A stretch of 64,000 nucleotides of DNA from Roseateles sp. (lineage in GTDB: Bacteria; Pseudomonadota; Gammaproteobacteria; Burkholderiales; Burkholderiaceae_C), in assembly GCF_965262435.1 (NCBI RefSeq), contig NZ_OZ253537.1, positions 825,332 to 889,331 on the forward strand, in the 5' to 3' direction. The translations under genes and the position numbers were made by a program. Under the pieces are notes generated by a model, which was given only the letters and a program-made list of their open reading frames with translations, had not been told where the DNA came from and did no database searches. Position 1 is the stretch's first letter, and the number at the start of each line of letters is the position of its first letter. Shown in pieces: positions 41,801 through 49,933 of this stretch.

Positions 41801-42708
41801 TGCCGGCCGAAGATGTAAGCCTTCAGATGAAAGCTCCCAACTTCAGTCGTAAAGACCCGGACGTCGGCCCCACGCTCGACCAACAACAAGAGCAAGCGCA
41901 GCGCTTCTGGGTCGGTGATGTCCAGGTAGTCACTCGTCAAAACACGCAGTCGATAACCCTCACCTGCGTCTGCGACTGCCTGCAACTCAGGCAACAGCAG
42001 GCGCAGGCCGGTTGCTTTAATGAAAGCTACCGCTAAGTCCACATGGGTGGATCGAGAGAAGGCTTCAGACAAATGCGGCAAGAAGTGGTCTGTTCCCCCT
42101 GTCACCAAACGCTGAGCTGTCACTGGCTCACGTCTTGCAATGACGTTTATCCAACTGTCGTCTCGATCAGGCCGCTGATCCTTGGTCAGCCAAACATCAA
42201 TGCCCAGCACACCTGGCAAGGTGGCAAACCACTGGCGAATTAACTCTTCATTGGCGTCAGTGAATCGCCGGCCGTTGTGGATTCGCTCACCCGAACCGCT
42301 TTTGAAGCTAAGGTACACGCGGCCACCAGCGCGCAGCGATTGCCAAAGGCGCGCGAGAGTTCCGGGCAATGCTGTCGGCGGTACATGCAGCAGGCTTGCG
42401 CAGCACCAAATGGCATCGTACTGAGCGACCTCACACAGGTCCTCGAACCGGCGAAGTTGCACATCAAAGCCACAGTGATCGCTTGCCAAACGTACCAACT
42501 CAGCTGATGCGTCAAAAGCCGTGACGCGATAGCCTAAGTCGGCAAAGGCCCGGGCATCTCGTCCCGATCCGCAACCTGCATCAAGAATATGGGCCTGGGG
42601 CGCCAATCCCTGTAGGAAGCGGTGGTGCAGCGGCTTCATATCTACACCGACAGTCTCAGCAAAAAAATTAGCGGCGTACCGCTCGTAGTAGCTGGCAGTG
42701 ATGTCCAT
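38878..42708 (-). CDS. multidomain SAM-methyltransferase / PLD nuclease / SF2 helicase / S24-like / DUF3427 fusion (putative defence protein)
   Basis: 'ILDAGCGSGRD'; 'FHLKAYIF...FIGSSNIS'; 'ATGLGKT', 'DEFHH', 'GLTATPDR', 'LFNEGVDLP', 'QQLGRGLR'; 'IACG..GNSM..DGD..L.ANNP.Y'; 'FHWQSQNST...HLFVR...F.Y.G'. Confidence 0.88.
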   Translation of the reverse strand: MDITASYYERYAANFFAETVGVDMKPLHHRFLQGLAPQAHILDAGCGSGRDARAFADLGYRVTAFDASAELVRLASDHCGFDVQLRRFEDLCEVAQYDAIWCCASLLHVPPTALPGTLARLWQSLRAGGRVYLSFKSGSGERIHNGRRFTDANEELIRQWFATLPGVLGIDVWLTKDQRPDRDDSWINVIARREPVTAQRLVTGGTDHFLPHLSEAFSRSTHVDLAVAFIKATGLRLLLPELQAVADAGEGYRLRVLTSDYLDITDPEALRLLLLLVERGADVRVFTTEVGSFHLKAYIFGRHEAGRLVAGTAFIGSSNISRQALQNGLEWNYRVVFPSDQGFLEASQGFENLFALPNCVALTDAWIEAYERRRLPPSRAVAPGSHEQEDPPEPTAIQNAALAELDLSRNEGFRRGLVVLATGLGKTWLAAFDAVRVGARRILFVAHREEILGQAAATFIRILPSKRVGYYTGRNRDAEVDVLCASVQTLAKAEHLQRFSPQHFDYVVIDEFHHAAADTYRRLLSHFAPGFMLGLTATPDRTDQSDILSLCDDNLVYSCHLFEGIEARLLAPFHYFGIADESVNYSEVPWRNGRFDPEQLSHRLATLARARHVLREWRARAQRRTLAFCVSTRHADFMAEQFSLAGVAAAAVYSGSAVGRTQALEMLDAGTVQVLFSVDLFNEGVDLPSIDTVMMLRPTESKIMFLQQLGRGLRRHDAKTHLVVLDFIGNHHSFLRKPQALFEVGSSYQALARFARSVEQGTLTLPEGCYVNYDLIIIDFLKALDSTGPRKDYEALRSALGRRPTLSEFYRSGISIQAMRNQEGHWFELVRSMEDLGPEEEAAAQQFSALLRDVEITQMTKCFKMVLLEALLELNGLEEPVSLQMLSARSRDVMDRRRPLLLDLSAETRALSAASAGWARYWRDNPVNAWVGGNRPSDVPTHFHLINDQFALRKPVPTLLVSAVSSMLQELVNFRLAAYEVRRAAEVRPDNVLPFHGRKGNVVELPYFPNLRIACGHFKTGRTDVEEHRVLPAAYGALDPARHFIARANGNSMDGGKQPVHDGDFLLLELISPQRAGSITGHIVAIERQDDSGDSQYLLRVVLKDGNGQYVLRANNPEYGDMVATDDMRTLARLRNVLDPLDLAVGQSFQREQIPPLFGVAFNPGIWNVGHVVLNDLKAHVLLVTLNKQGKAEEHKYLDHWISDERFHWQSQNSTTPESKRGQEIIHHEAKSIAIHLFVRDGKLAGGKAAPFVYHGRVRYQSHESSGPMSVVFELP

Positions 42709-42745
42709 CCGCGATCAGTCCGATTCCGTAGGAAGCCTGTGGAGG

Positions 42746-43720
42746 CTAAAAGCTGCTTTGATGCTGGCGGCAGTATTGCAGCCCGCCGTACCGTGCGGCT
42801 TGGTTCCAGCAGAACCGCCCTTCGGCATAGCTGAGCTTTGCTTGGCAGTTTGCGCAAACCAGCTTGCGGTAGAGCGGATGCCCTGTTGCATCCGTGATCT
42901 CAATTGCAGCCGCCCGTGTGACCGGAGGGGCGGATACAGACGGACTTGCATTGCCTGCAGCCTTTGGCTGATTGAATGTTGGCGCGGTCACTTTGGGTTT
43001 CATGAACTCGGGCAGTTCCAGCGGGTTCTCTGGCAGATGTTCGCGCGCCAACTTTTCCGCCCAGGCTTTGAGGCTACCCTCGCTGTGTAGTTTCAACAGG
43101 TTGCCAAATACCTGGACGGCGTTTAGGCCTTCTACGTACTCATCATGCCAGCGGGCAATCATGTCCGCCTTGATCACGTTCCGCGTATCAAAGCGCTTGG
43201 CATCCGGCCGATGTATGACGGCTTTTGGATGCACGAGGACGATATGGTGAAAGCTGAAGGCGCCACCCGCGCGAGCGTTGATGCCCAAACGATCTAGCAC
43301 CTTACTCAAGATTCGCTCGTGCCGGCGGCTTTGCTCCAAGGGAGATGGCACGCCAAAAACGCGTTCGCCGGGATACTCGACGGAAAACTCTCCCTGTTCG
43401 TTGATGTGCATCTGGCCGTTGAAGCACTTCGTCTCAAACAGGTAAAAGCGTTGAGTGCGGCTGATCACCAGATGATCGATCTGGGCGGTTTCTCCATCGG
43501 CCAGCAAGCGCAAATCATGCAAAACGGCGTGGGTGTCGCTGTCCCTTTTCCAAGAGTCGATGTAGAAGGCGGCGTCTCTTTCACCCTGCCAGCCACGCTG
43601 TTGCCGCTGCAGCTCGGATTTGAGCCAGTTCTCCTGGAAGGTATCGAGCAAGGCTGACTGTCGAAGCTCGGTCAACAGCTTGAGTCGGGGACTCTTGTCG
43701 TCAATGGATTTGATCAGCAT
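42746..43720 (-). CDS. NERD-domain nuclease-related protein with C-terminal Cys/His zinc-ribbon-like tail
   Basis: 'G.QGERDAAFYID', 'HDLRL', 'QIDHLVI', 'ETK.F.G', C-terminal 'C..C...FC.....YGG..YC..HQ'; ATG 43720 preferred. Confidence 0.85.
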   Translation of the reverse strand: MLIKSIDDKSPRLKLLTELRQSALLDTFQENWLKSELQRQQRGWQGERDAAFYIDSWKRDSDTHAVLHDLRLLADGETAQIDHLVISRTQRFYLFETKCFNGQMHINEQGEFSVEYPGERVFGVPSPLEQSRRHERILSKVLDRLGINARAGGAFSFHHIVLVHPKAVIHRPDAKRFDTRNVIKADMIARWHDEYVEGLNAVQVFGNLLKLHSEGSLKAWAEKLAREHLPENPLELPEFMKPKVTAPTFNQPKAAGNASPSVSAPPVTRAAAIEITDATGHPLYRKLVCANCQAKLSYAEGRFCWNQAARYGGLQYCRQHQSSF

Positions 43721-43856
43721 GACATGGAATGACGTTTTACCTGTACGGCATTCTGCCTGCTGCGTCCTGTAGTGCCATGCTGGCTCATCTGGTGAGCCAG
43801 CTGTCGCCGAAACTTCGCCACACCCCAGCCAAACCAGAGCCATGAAGGGATATCCA

Positions 43857-44114
43857 ATGAGCCACCAGAACGACCCCAGCGAAACCTCCACCCCCCGCGG
43901 CAAGTACGACGACCTCGCCATCGAACTGGCCGATCGCCTGGAGGCCCAGTTCAGCCTGCTCTATGTGCTGGGCGGAAACAAGGGCAATGGCATGTCCGTC
44001 CAGCACCTGTACGCCGAGGAAGAAAAGCCCGAGAAGATGCGGCTCATTGCCAAGACCTTCGACTTCCTGGCAGATTGGGCGCGCAAGGAAGCGGGTGATC
44101 GGGCCTCGCATTGA
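43857..44114 (+). CDS. hypothetical protein
   Basis: AAGGGA RBS, host-like codon usage, 'GKYDDLAIELADRL..SLLYVLGGNKGNGMSVQ'. Confidence 0.6.
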   Translation: MSHQNDPSETSTPRGKYDDLAIELADRLEAQFSLLYVLGGNKGNGMSVQHLYAEEEKPEKMRLIAKTFDFLADWARKEAGDRASH

Positions 44115-44146
44115 ACATGAGCGGTGGAGCAAGCGCCTTGAAATCA

Positions 44147-44374
44147 ATGAATACGAATACGCCAACCCTGAAGTTGCGCTGCCCGGCCTGCGGGCAGATC
44201 GAGGGCGTGGAGCTCCTGTTCGGCATGCCGTCTAAGGAGGCGATGGCCGCGGCAGAGCGCGGCGAGATCGCGCTCGGTGGCTGCTGCATGCCTTGGGAGC
44301 CGTTGAACTATCGCTGTCTGAATTGCGAGTTTGAATGGGGCAAGCCGGAGGAGCCCGGTGAGCCGGGTCGGTGA
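44147..44374 (+). CDS. small Cys-rich zinc-ribbon-like protein
   Basis: 'CPACG...FGMP....AERGEIALGGCC..P.NYRCLNC.FEW' (two CxxC); start could be 44111. Confidence 0.65.
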   Translation: MNTNTPTLKLRCPACGQIEGVELLFGMPSKEAMAAAERGEIALGGCCMPWEPLNYRCLNCEFEWGKPEEPGEPGR

Positions 44375-44472
44375 TGCCTGCCAGTGAGCCCCGCGACGAG
44401 CCCCAAGCGCCATCTCAGGATAATCACGAGATCCGTCCATCCACCGTCCCACCCCAGCCGCCCAAGCCACCC

Positions 44473-44835
44473 ATGAGCGAATCCCCACTCCCCGAACGCC
44501 TGCACGCGCTGCTGGATGAGCGCGTGTTCAATTTTGCGCAGGCGGCGCAGCGGCACTTCAAGACCAATGACTTGGTGGTCTTGCTGGATTTCCGAGCCGA
44601 GACGCCGGAACTGGAGGCCGTGCCGCGCCAGGCGCTGGCCGAGGCCGAGGAGCTGTCGCTGGAGGTCAAGCTGAAGCTCGCGCGGCCGGCGTCAGCCTTG
44701 AGCCCGGTGTTCGGTGCGCCCGAGCAGCAGTTCTGGTTCTTGGTGATTTATGAAGATGAGGACTCCGACTGCAGCGCCATCAGCGCCGCAGAACAGGGCG
44801 CTGCGTTTGCGGACAAGCTCTCGCCCGGCGCTTGA
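44473..44835 (+). CDS. hypothetical protein
   Basis: Acidic globular-looking ORF, co-oriented with its neighbours; start uncertain (44371 or 44473). Confidence 0.55.
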   Translation: MSESPLPERLHALLDERVFNFAQAAQRHFKTNDLVVLLDFRAETPELEAVPRQALAEAEELSLEVKLKLARPASALSPVFGAPEQQFWFLVIYEDEDSDCSAISAAEQGAAFADKLSPGA

Positions 44836-44900
44836 TGCTCGCTCAGGGCGCTTTTCTTTTTTGCCTTCATGGTTGACGGCCCGTCTTCACTGCGGGTTGA

Positions 44901-45248
44901 ATGGCGGACATGGACGACAGCACTCAGGCCTCTCACTTTTCATTCTTCATCACCAGCCGCCGGCCGCAGCTTGCTGAACTGTGCCAGCGCCACCACGCCC
45001 GCACGCTCCATCTCTTTGGCTCCGCCACGCGGGCCGATTTCAGGCCTGCTGACAGCGACCTGGATTTTTTGGTGGACTTTGACGGGGCTTTGCCGCCAGC
45101 CGCTTATTCCCAGGCCTTTTTCGCACTCAAGCAAGGGCTGGAAGATTTGTTCAATCGCCCGGTCGACTTGCTGACGCCGGATGCTCTGCGCAACCCCTAT
45201 CTGCGGCGCCGCATCGAGTCGGAACAGCTTGCTTTGTATGGCGCCTGA
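44901..45248 (+). CDS. minimal nucleotidyltransferase (MNT; MNT-HEPN antitoxin type)
   Basis: 'LHLFGSATR.DF....SDLDFLVDF', 'LEDLFNRPVDL', 'NPYLRRRI'. Confidence 0.9.
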   Translation: MADMDDSTQASHFSFFITSRRPQLAELCQRHHARTLHLFGSATRADFRPADSDLDFLVDFDGALPPAAYSQAFFALKQGLEDLFNRPVDLLTPDALRNPYLRRRIESEQLALYGA

Positions 45249-45294
45249 TTCAGCCAAATACCTTGGGGATGCCCCGCTGAGAATGGCAGGCTAG
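45238..45294 (+). pseudogene. truncated HEPN/DUF86 toxin remnant
   Basis: ATG overlaps the MNT end by 11 nt and reads MAPDSAKYLGDAPLRMAG*, resembling the 'KYLWD' N-terminus of DUF86 HEPN toxins. Confidence 0.6.
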
Positions 45295-45391
45295 TCCGCA
45301 CTGCGCGCATCACACGCCAATCCGGAAACCCCGAAGAAGTCCTTGCCCGACAAGGACTTGTTATCACATTGCCAGCGTCATACGGCTCCAA

Positions 45392-46015
45392 ATGAAACCC
45401 TCAGCCCTGCGTCGCCTGCTCGCCTAGCGCTTCCTCTTCTTCCTCGCCACCTGATGTACACCCTTCGCTGCACTCGAAAACTGCTCGACCGCGGCCTTGC
45501 TCCGAGCTCTGGTCCTGAGCAGGCGCCGACCACGGTGTTGGGCGATTGGTACGCGACTTTGCTGCCCCTCCGGCCCCAGCAGCTGGTGCTGTGTGTCAGT
45601 GAGCGCAGTCTGCTGCCTCTGGTGCTGCCGGCGCGCGAAGCTCGCTCGTTGCCGCAGCGGCTGGCCCAGGCTCTGCCCGAGCTGCTGGCCGCCATCGAGG
45701 TGCCCAAGGCATCCATCGAAGCAGAGTTGCTCGCCATGCAAGACGCTTCGCGCATCGGCACGACCGCCAGCCGCAGTGTGCTGGGCTCCTTGAACCAACT
45801 GAGCTATTTGCTGGAAGGCTATGCAAGGCAGTACCCGGGCCGGACATTGCTGGAACACAGCTTGCATTTGGCCGGGACGCCGATGACGGCATTGGGTCGC
45901 GACGCGCCATTTCCGGATATCGCCACACGTGCAGCCTTCAGCGCTGCCGGCTTGTTTGCTCGCATCGCGGCCCGCACATGAAACCCTCCCCCCTGCGCCG
46001 CCTGCTCGCCCAACG
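45392..46015 (+). repeat. 38-bp direct repeat (33/38 identical) flanking a gene
   Basis: 45392-45429 atgaaaccctcagccctgcgtcgcctgctcgcctagcg versus 45978-46015 atgaaaccctcccccctgcgccgcctgctcgcccaacg. Confidence 0.85.
45454..45981 (+). CDS. DUF6933-like protein
   Basis: 'LRCTRKLL', 'LGDWYATLL', 'LCVSERSLLPLVLP', 'T.SRSVLGSLN'; family call from memory. Confidence 0.65.
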   Translation: MYTLRCTRKLLDRGLAPSSGPEQAPTTVLGDWYATLLPLRPQQLVLCVSERSLLPLVLPAREARSLPQRLAQALPELLAAIEVPKASIEAELLAMQDASRIGTTASRSVLGSLNQLSYLLEGYARQYPGRTLLEHSLHLAGTPMTALGRDAPFPDIATRAAFSAAGLFARIAART

Positions 46016-46244
46016 GGCAGCCTCCGCCGCCACACCCGGGGCTGCCGCCGCGGCGCCGGACCTGCCTCCCGAGCTGGCGCAGGCTCGCGCCTTGATCGCC
46101 GCCATCGACGCCGGCGGCATTCCGCTCTACCCGGGCAAGGTGAACCAGATCGCGCGGGCGCTGGGGTTGGAGGTGTCGCGCGAAGCGCCGGTGGAGGCGA
46201 CGGTGGCGCGGATACGGGCGCTCTTGCAGGCTGAGGGCGGCTGA
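45978..46244 (+). CDS. conserved hypothetical protein
   Basis: 'ARALIAAIDAGGIPL.P..VNQIARALGLEVS..AP.E.T.ARIR'; ATGA overlap with the upstream gene. Confidence 0.7.
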   Translation: MKPSPLRRLLAQRAASAATPGAAAAAPDLPPELAQARALIAAIDAGGIPLYPGKVNQIARALGLEVSREAPVEATVARIRALLQAEGG

Positions 46245-46291
46245 GGAGACGGCCCTGCCTTAGCCCCAACCGCATCCCCGCCGCCAGCCCG

Positions 46292-47593
46292 TCACGGCTG
46301 CAGGGCGCCGCTGGGTTCGGGCACGGCCCGGCTCCAAATGTCTTGCCAGCTGCGCAGGGCGGCGTGGTCGCCGCGGCGTTCGGCGGCGGCCATGCCTTCG
46401 CTGATCAGGGGCTGGACCATCTCGCGGGCGAGGGCGCGGCCGTGCACGGCTTGCAGGGCGCCGCAGTAGGCGCGCACAAAGCGCTGCTGGGTTTCGGCGT
46501 CATCTGCGCCTTGCACCTTGTCGAGCGCCAGCAGGCGCTCGGCCAGGGCCGGGGTGACGCGGCCGGCTTGCACCTCCATGTAGATGACGGTGGCGGCGAG
46601 CTCGGTCATCAGATTGCGGTCGTTGTTGCGCGGGTTGTGCGGGCTTTGCCAGCGCGCGTCGAGGAAATGATCGAGGTAGAAGCGGTAGAGCGGCAGGTGG
46701 CCGCTGCGCGTGCCGCCGGCGCTGAGGCGCATGGCCATGGCCTGCGGGTCGGCGCGCTCGCGCAGCATCAGCGCGTGGTCCAGCTTGTAGTGGCCCTGGG
46801 CCTGGCCGGGCCTGCCGCCCGCGTCCAGGCGCTGGCGGTGGCGGGCGATGGCGTCCGGGTCGGCGCTCAGCGGGTCCATGCCCTGCCAGGACAGCTGCGA
46901 CCACCACCAGGGCCGGGGCGCGGCGGCTTCCAGCTCGGGCCAGGCGGGCCAGCTTGCTTCGATGCGCTGGTCTTCGGCACGAGCGGCCTGGGCGCGCCAG
47001 ACGGGCAGCTGGCCGATCAAGGGCGGCAGCAGCAGGGCGGCCAGCAGCAGCACATACAGGCGGCGCGGCCTTTCGCTGTGTTGGTAGGCGGCCCGGCTCA
47101 TGGCCCACAGCCCCAGCAGCCAGCCGCCCGCCAATACAAAAGGCAGGGCCAGCTGCGCGGGCGCGGCCACCAGCAGGGGCTCGTCGGCGCGGCGCAGCGG
47201 CGCCAGCAGCACGGGCAGGCGCTGGCCGGTTTCGACCCAGAGGTGCAAGACGGGCGTCAGCTCGCGAAAGCGCAGGGTCTGGCCAGGGTGATCGGGGTCG
47301 GGCACTTGCACGATCACATCGAGGCGGGTGGCTTGCCGGGTGCTGCCGGGGTGGCTGCCGGCGATGCGCTCGTCGCTCACCGGCATGGCGATCACCGTGC
47401 CCTCCAGGCGCAAGCCGCTTTGGAACAGGCGCAGCCGGTCATGGATCAGCCAGCCCAGCAGCAGGGCGCTGATCAGCAGCGCGAGGGTGAAGCCCTGTTG
47501 CAGGGCGCGCGAGTCGCCGCCCGGCTGGGGCGCTGGCACGGATGCTGATTCAGGGGCGAGCTTGGCGCGGTGCAGGGGGTGCTTCCGGTTCAT
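46292..47593 (-). CDS. membrane protein of unknown function (DUF3592-like N-terminal region)
   Basis: TM - beta-rich loop - two TMs - helical C-terminal domain; only coherent long ORF in the interval. Confidence 0.6.
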   Translation of the reverse strand: MNRKHPLHRAKLAPESASVPAPQPGGDSRALQQGFTLALLISALLLGWLIHDRLRLFQSGLRLEGTVIAMPVSDERIAGSHPGSTRQATRLDVIVQVPDPDHPGQTLRFRELTPVLHLWVETGQRLPVLLAPLRRADEPLLVAAPAQLALPFVLAGGWLLGLWAMSRAAYQHSERPRRLYVLLLAALLLPPLIGQLPVWRAQAARAEDQRIEASWPAWPELEAAAPRPWWWSQLSWQGMDPLSADPDAIARHRQRLDAGGRPGQAQGHYKLDHALMLRERADPQAMAMRLSAGGTRSGHLPLYRFYLDHFLDARWQSPHNPRNNDRNLMTELAATVIYMEVQAGRVTPALAERLLALDKVQGADDAETQQRFVRAYCGALQAVHGRALAREMVQPLISEGMAAAERRGDHAALRSWQDIWSRAVPEPSGALQP

Positions 47594-47771
47594 GGCGGCG
47601 GGCCACACAGAGGTGGCACAAATGAGGGCGCCACGCTGGGCGCCCTCCGGGGGGGGGGCAGACTGGGTGGCGCATGATAGCTAACCATCCAGCGCGACGG
47701 ATGAGCGCCGCGCCGCCCTCGCCCGCCGTGGTGCCCGATGCCGCCGCACCGGGCACCACGGCCGGGCTGGC

Positions 47772-49619
47772 TTACCAGCTCAGGCTCAGCGAGTAGGGCA
47801 CGGCTGTGCTGCCGCTGTAGTAGACGACCCGGACGAAGAAGTTCTGCGTCGTCGCGCTCGCGTTGCGGTAGCTGGTGCTGTCGGTCGCGCCAACATCGAG
47901 TTCGCTGCGTGCCACCACGGTGCCGGCGTTGTTGTAGATCTGCAGGTCGTAGTCGGTGCTGCCGTTGGGCATGGGCAGGCTGGCCCTCAGCGTGCGGCCG
48001 GCCGGCAGGCTGACGCGGAAGTAGTCGGTGTCGCTGCTGGTGCCCAGGGCGGCGCGCAGGGTGCGCGGTGCCGCCACGGCGTTGGCTTGCGCCCGCGTGT
48101 TGTTGGGCTCGGCTTCATCGAATGGCGGTGGCGGGGTGTCGGTCATGGCCAGCACGGCGGCGTTGGCGTCGAGCAGGCCGGTGCCGCATTGGCTGCAGCT
48201 GCCCGGGAAGGGGCGGGCGCTGCTCTTGAGCTTGCTGGCGATTTCATCGGGCGTGGCCGTGGGCTTCTTGCTGAACATCAGCGCGGCGACGCCGGCCACG
48301 TGGGGCGCGGCCATCGAGGTGCCTTGGTAGAAGGCGTAGCTGTCGGCGCCCGGCGAGCTGGTGCCGGCGTTGAGCGTGGACAAGATGCCGTTGCTGGTGC
48401 CGGCGCCGGTGTTGCCGCCGGGCGCGGCCAGGGCCACCACCGCGCCGTAGTTGGAGTACGGGGCGCGGGCGCCGTAGCGGTCGGTCGCGGCCACGGTGAT
48501 GGCGCCGGGGCAGTTGGCCGGGGTGAAGTTGGCGGCGTTGGCATTGGAGTTGCCGGCCGCCACCACCACCACCGCGCCGCGCGAGCGGGCGCCGTTGATG
48601 GCGTTCTGGCTGGTGTTGTCGCAGGCGCCGCTGCCGCCCAGCGACAGGTTCAAGACCTTGGCCGGCGTGGCATTGGCCGGCACGCCCGGCACGCTGCCGC
48701 CCGAGGCCCAGATCATGCCGTCGGCAATGTCAGAGTTGTAGCCACCGCAGCGGCCCAGCACGCGCACGGCCTGCACTTTGGCGTTGAAGGCAATGCCGGC
48801 GATGCCGGTCGCGTTGTTGGTGCGCGCCGCGATGGTGCCGGCCACATGGGTGCCGTGCCAGGAGCTGTTGCGCGCACCGCCGCCGCCGCATTGGCCAGAG
48901 GTGTTCCAGTCGCCGGGGTCGCTGGGGTCGCTGTCGCGGCCATTGCCGTCGTTGGCGGTGGCCACGTCGGCAATCATGTCGTAGCCGGCCACGGTTTGGC
49001 CGGCCAGGTCGGCGTGCGGGCGGATGCCGGTGTCGATCACCGCCACCACCACGCCGGTGCCGGTGGCTTGGTCCCAGGCGGCCGGGGCGCGGATGCCGCC
49101 GGTGGCTTCAGACAGATCCCATTGCTGGTTGTACTGGCTGTCGTTGGGGGTCAGCAGGGCGTACATCTTGCGGTCGGGCTCGGCGTATTCGACCGTGGCG
49201 TCTTCGGCCTTGATGCGGGCGGCCAGGGCTTCCACCTCGGCCACGGGCAGGGCGCGGTCCAGGCTCAGCACATGCGAGCCCAGGCCGCTCTGGCGCACCA
49301 GGCTCAGTTGCAGGCCGCGTTGCGCAGCCAGCTGCTTGGCCCGGTCGACACGCTGGTTCAGCGCGTTCGCGTCCAGGGCGCGGGCCCGAATCACCTTGCG
49401 GCCGTCTTCCATCGCAGCTTCGCTGGCGTCGAAGTACTTGACGATCAGTCGGTCGGTGTCGCTGCTCTGGACGACTCGGGAGCCGGGCGCATCAGCCTCG
49501 GCGACCGATTGGCCGGCCTGGGCGGCGCCGGCCGCTGCCAGCAGGGCCAGGGCGAGGGTCACCGGCTTGGGGCTGAAGCGTTGGGGGCGGCGTGAGGAGG
49601 AAGAGGAATGGGAAGTCAT
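47772..49619 (-). CDS. extracellular S8 subtilisin-like serine protease with C-terminal PPC-like domain
   Basis: Signal peptide and propeptide; triad 'VAVIDTG', 'HGTHVAG', 'GTSMAAPH'; 'DTDYFRV', 'DYDL'. Confidence 0.95.
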   Translation of the reverse strand: MTSHSSSSSRRPQRFSPKPVTLALALLAAAGAAQAGQSVAEADAPGSRVVQSSDTDRLIVKYFDASEAAMEDGRKVIRARALDANALNQRVDRAKQLAAQRGLQLSLVRQSGLGSHVLSLDRALPVAEVEALAARIKAEDATVEYAEPDRKMYALLTPNDSQYNQQWDLSEATGGIRAPAAWDQATGTGVVVAVIDTGIRPHADLAGQTVAGYDMIADVATANDGNGRDSDPSDPGDWNTSGQCGGGGARNSSWHGTHVAGTIAARTNNATGIAGIAFNAKVQAVRVLGRCGGYNSDIADGMIWASGGSVPGVPANATPAKVLNLSLGGSGACDNTSQNAINGARSRGAVVVVAAGNSNANAANFTPANCPGAITVAATDRYGARAPYSNYGAVVALAAPGGNTGAGTSNGILSTLNAGTSSPGADSYAFYQGTSMAAPHVAGVAALMFSKKPTATPDEIASKLKSSARPFPGSCSQCGTGLLDANAAVLAMTDTPPPPFDEAEPNNTRAQANAVAAPRTLRAALGTSSDTDYFRVSLPAGRTLRASLPMPNGSTDYDLQIYNNAGTVVARSELDVGATDSTSYRNASATTQNFFVRVVYYSGSTAVPYSLSLSW

Positions 49620-49933
49620 GGGGCAACTCTCTCAATCAAGCAAGACCGGCGCGCAAGGGCAGTTCAAGTCGATGGTTGTGCCGAACGCGTCGTGGCGCTC
49701 CCGGTTGGGAGCCTGAACCCGCCAGCACGAGCGGGGGCTCGGCGGCGGCACCACTTGCGGCGTGCAAGTTCTCGAGCACCTGCAGCCGGAAGCGGGCGCA
49801 GTTTAGGCAGGGCTGCCGCCGAAAAACCGCCGACCTGTCAGAGCTCTCAGCTAGGGCAATCCCATGTCAAAAACTGGCACATAGGCCTTGACATCGGCGT
49901 TCTGAGTCATTGCTCTGCGGAGCAGCGCGTGCA

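Noticed and set aside
38809-46244. Prophage, ICE, integron or IS as the island vehicle
   Set aside because: No integrase, transposase, attC-like sites, tRNA target or phage structural genes were seen in the window.
49874-49892. Possible sigma54 promoter (TGGCAC...)
   Set aside because: No TTGC at the required -12 spacing.
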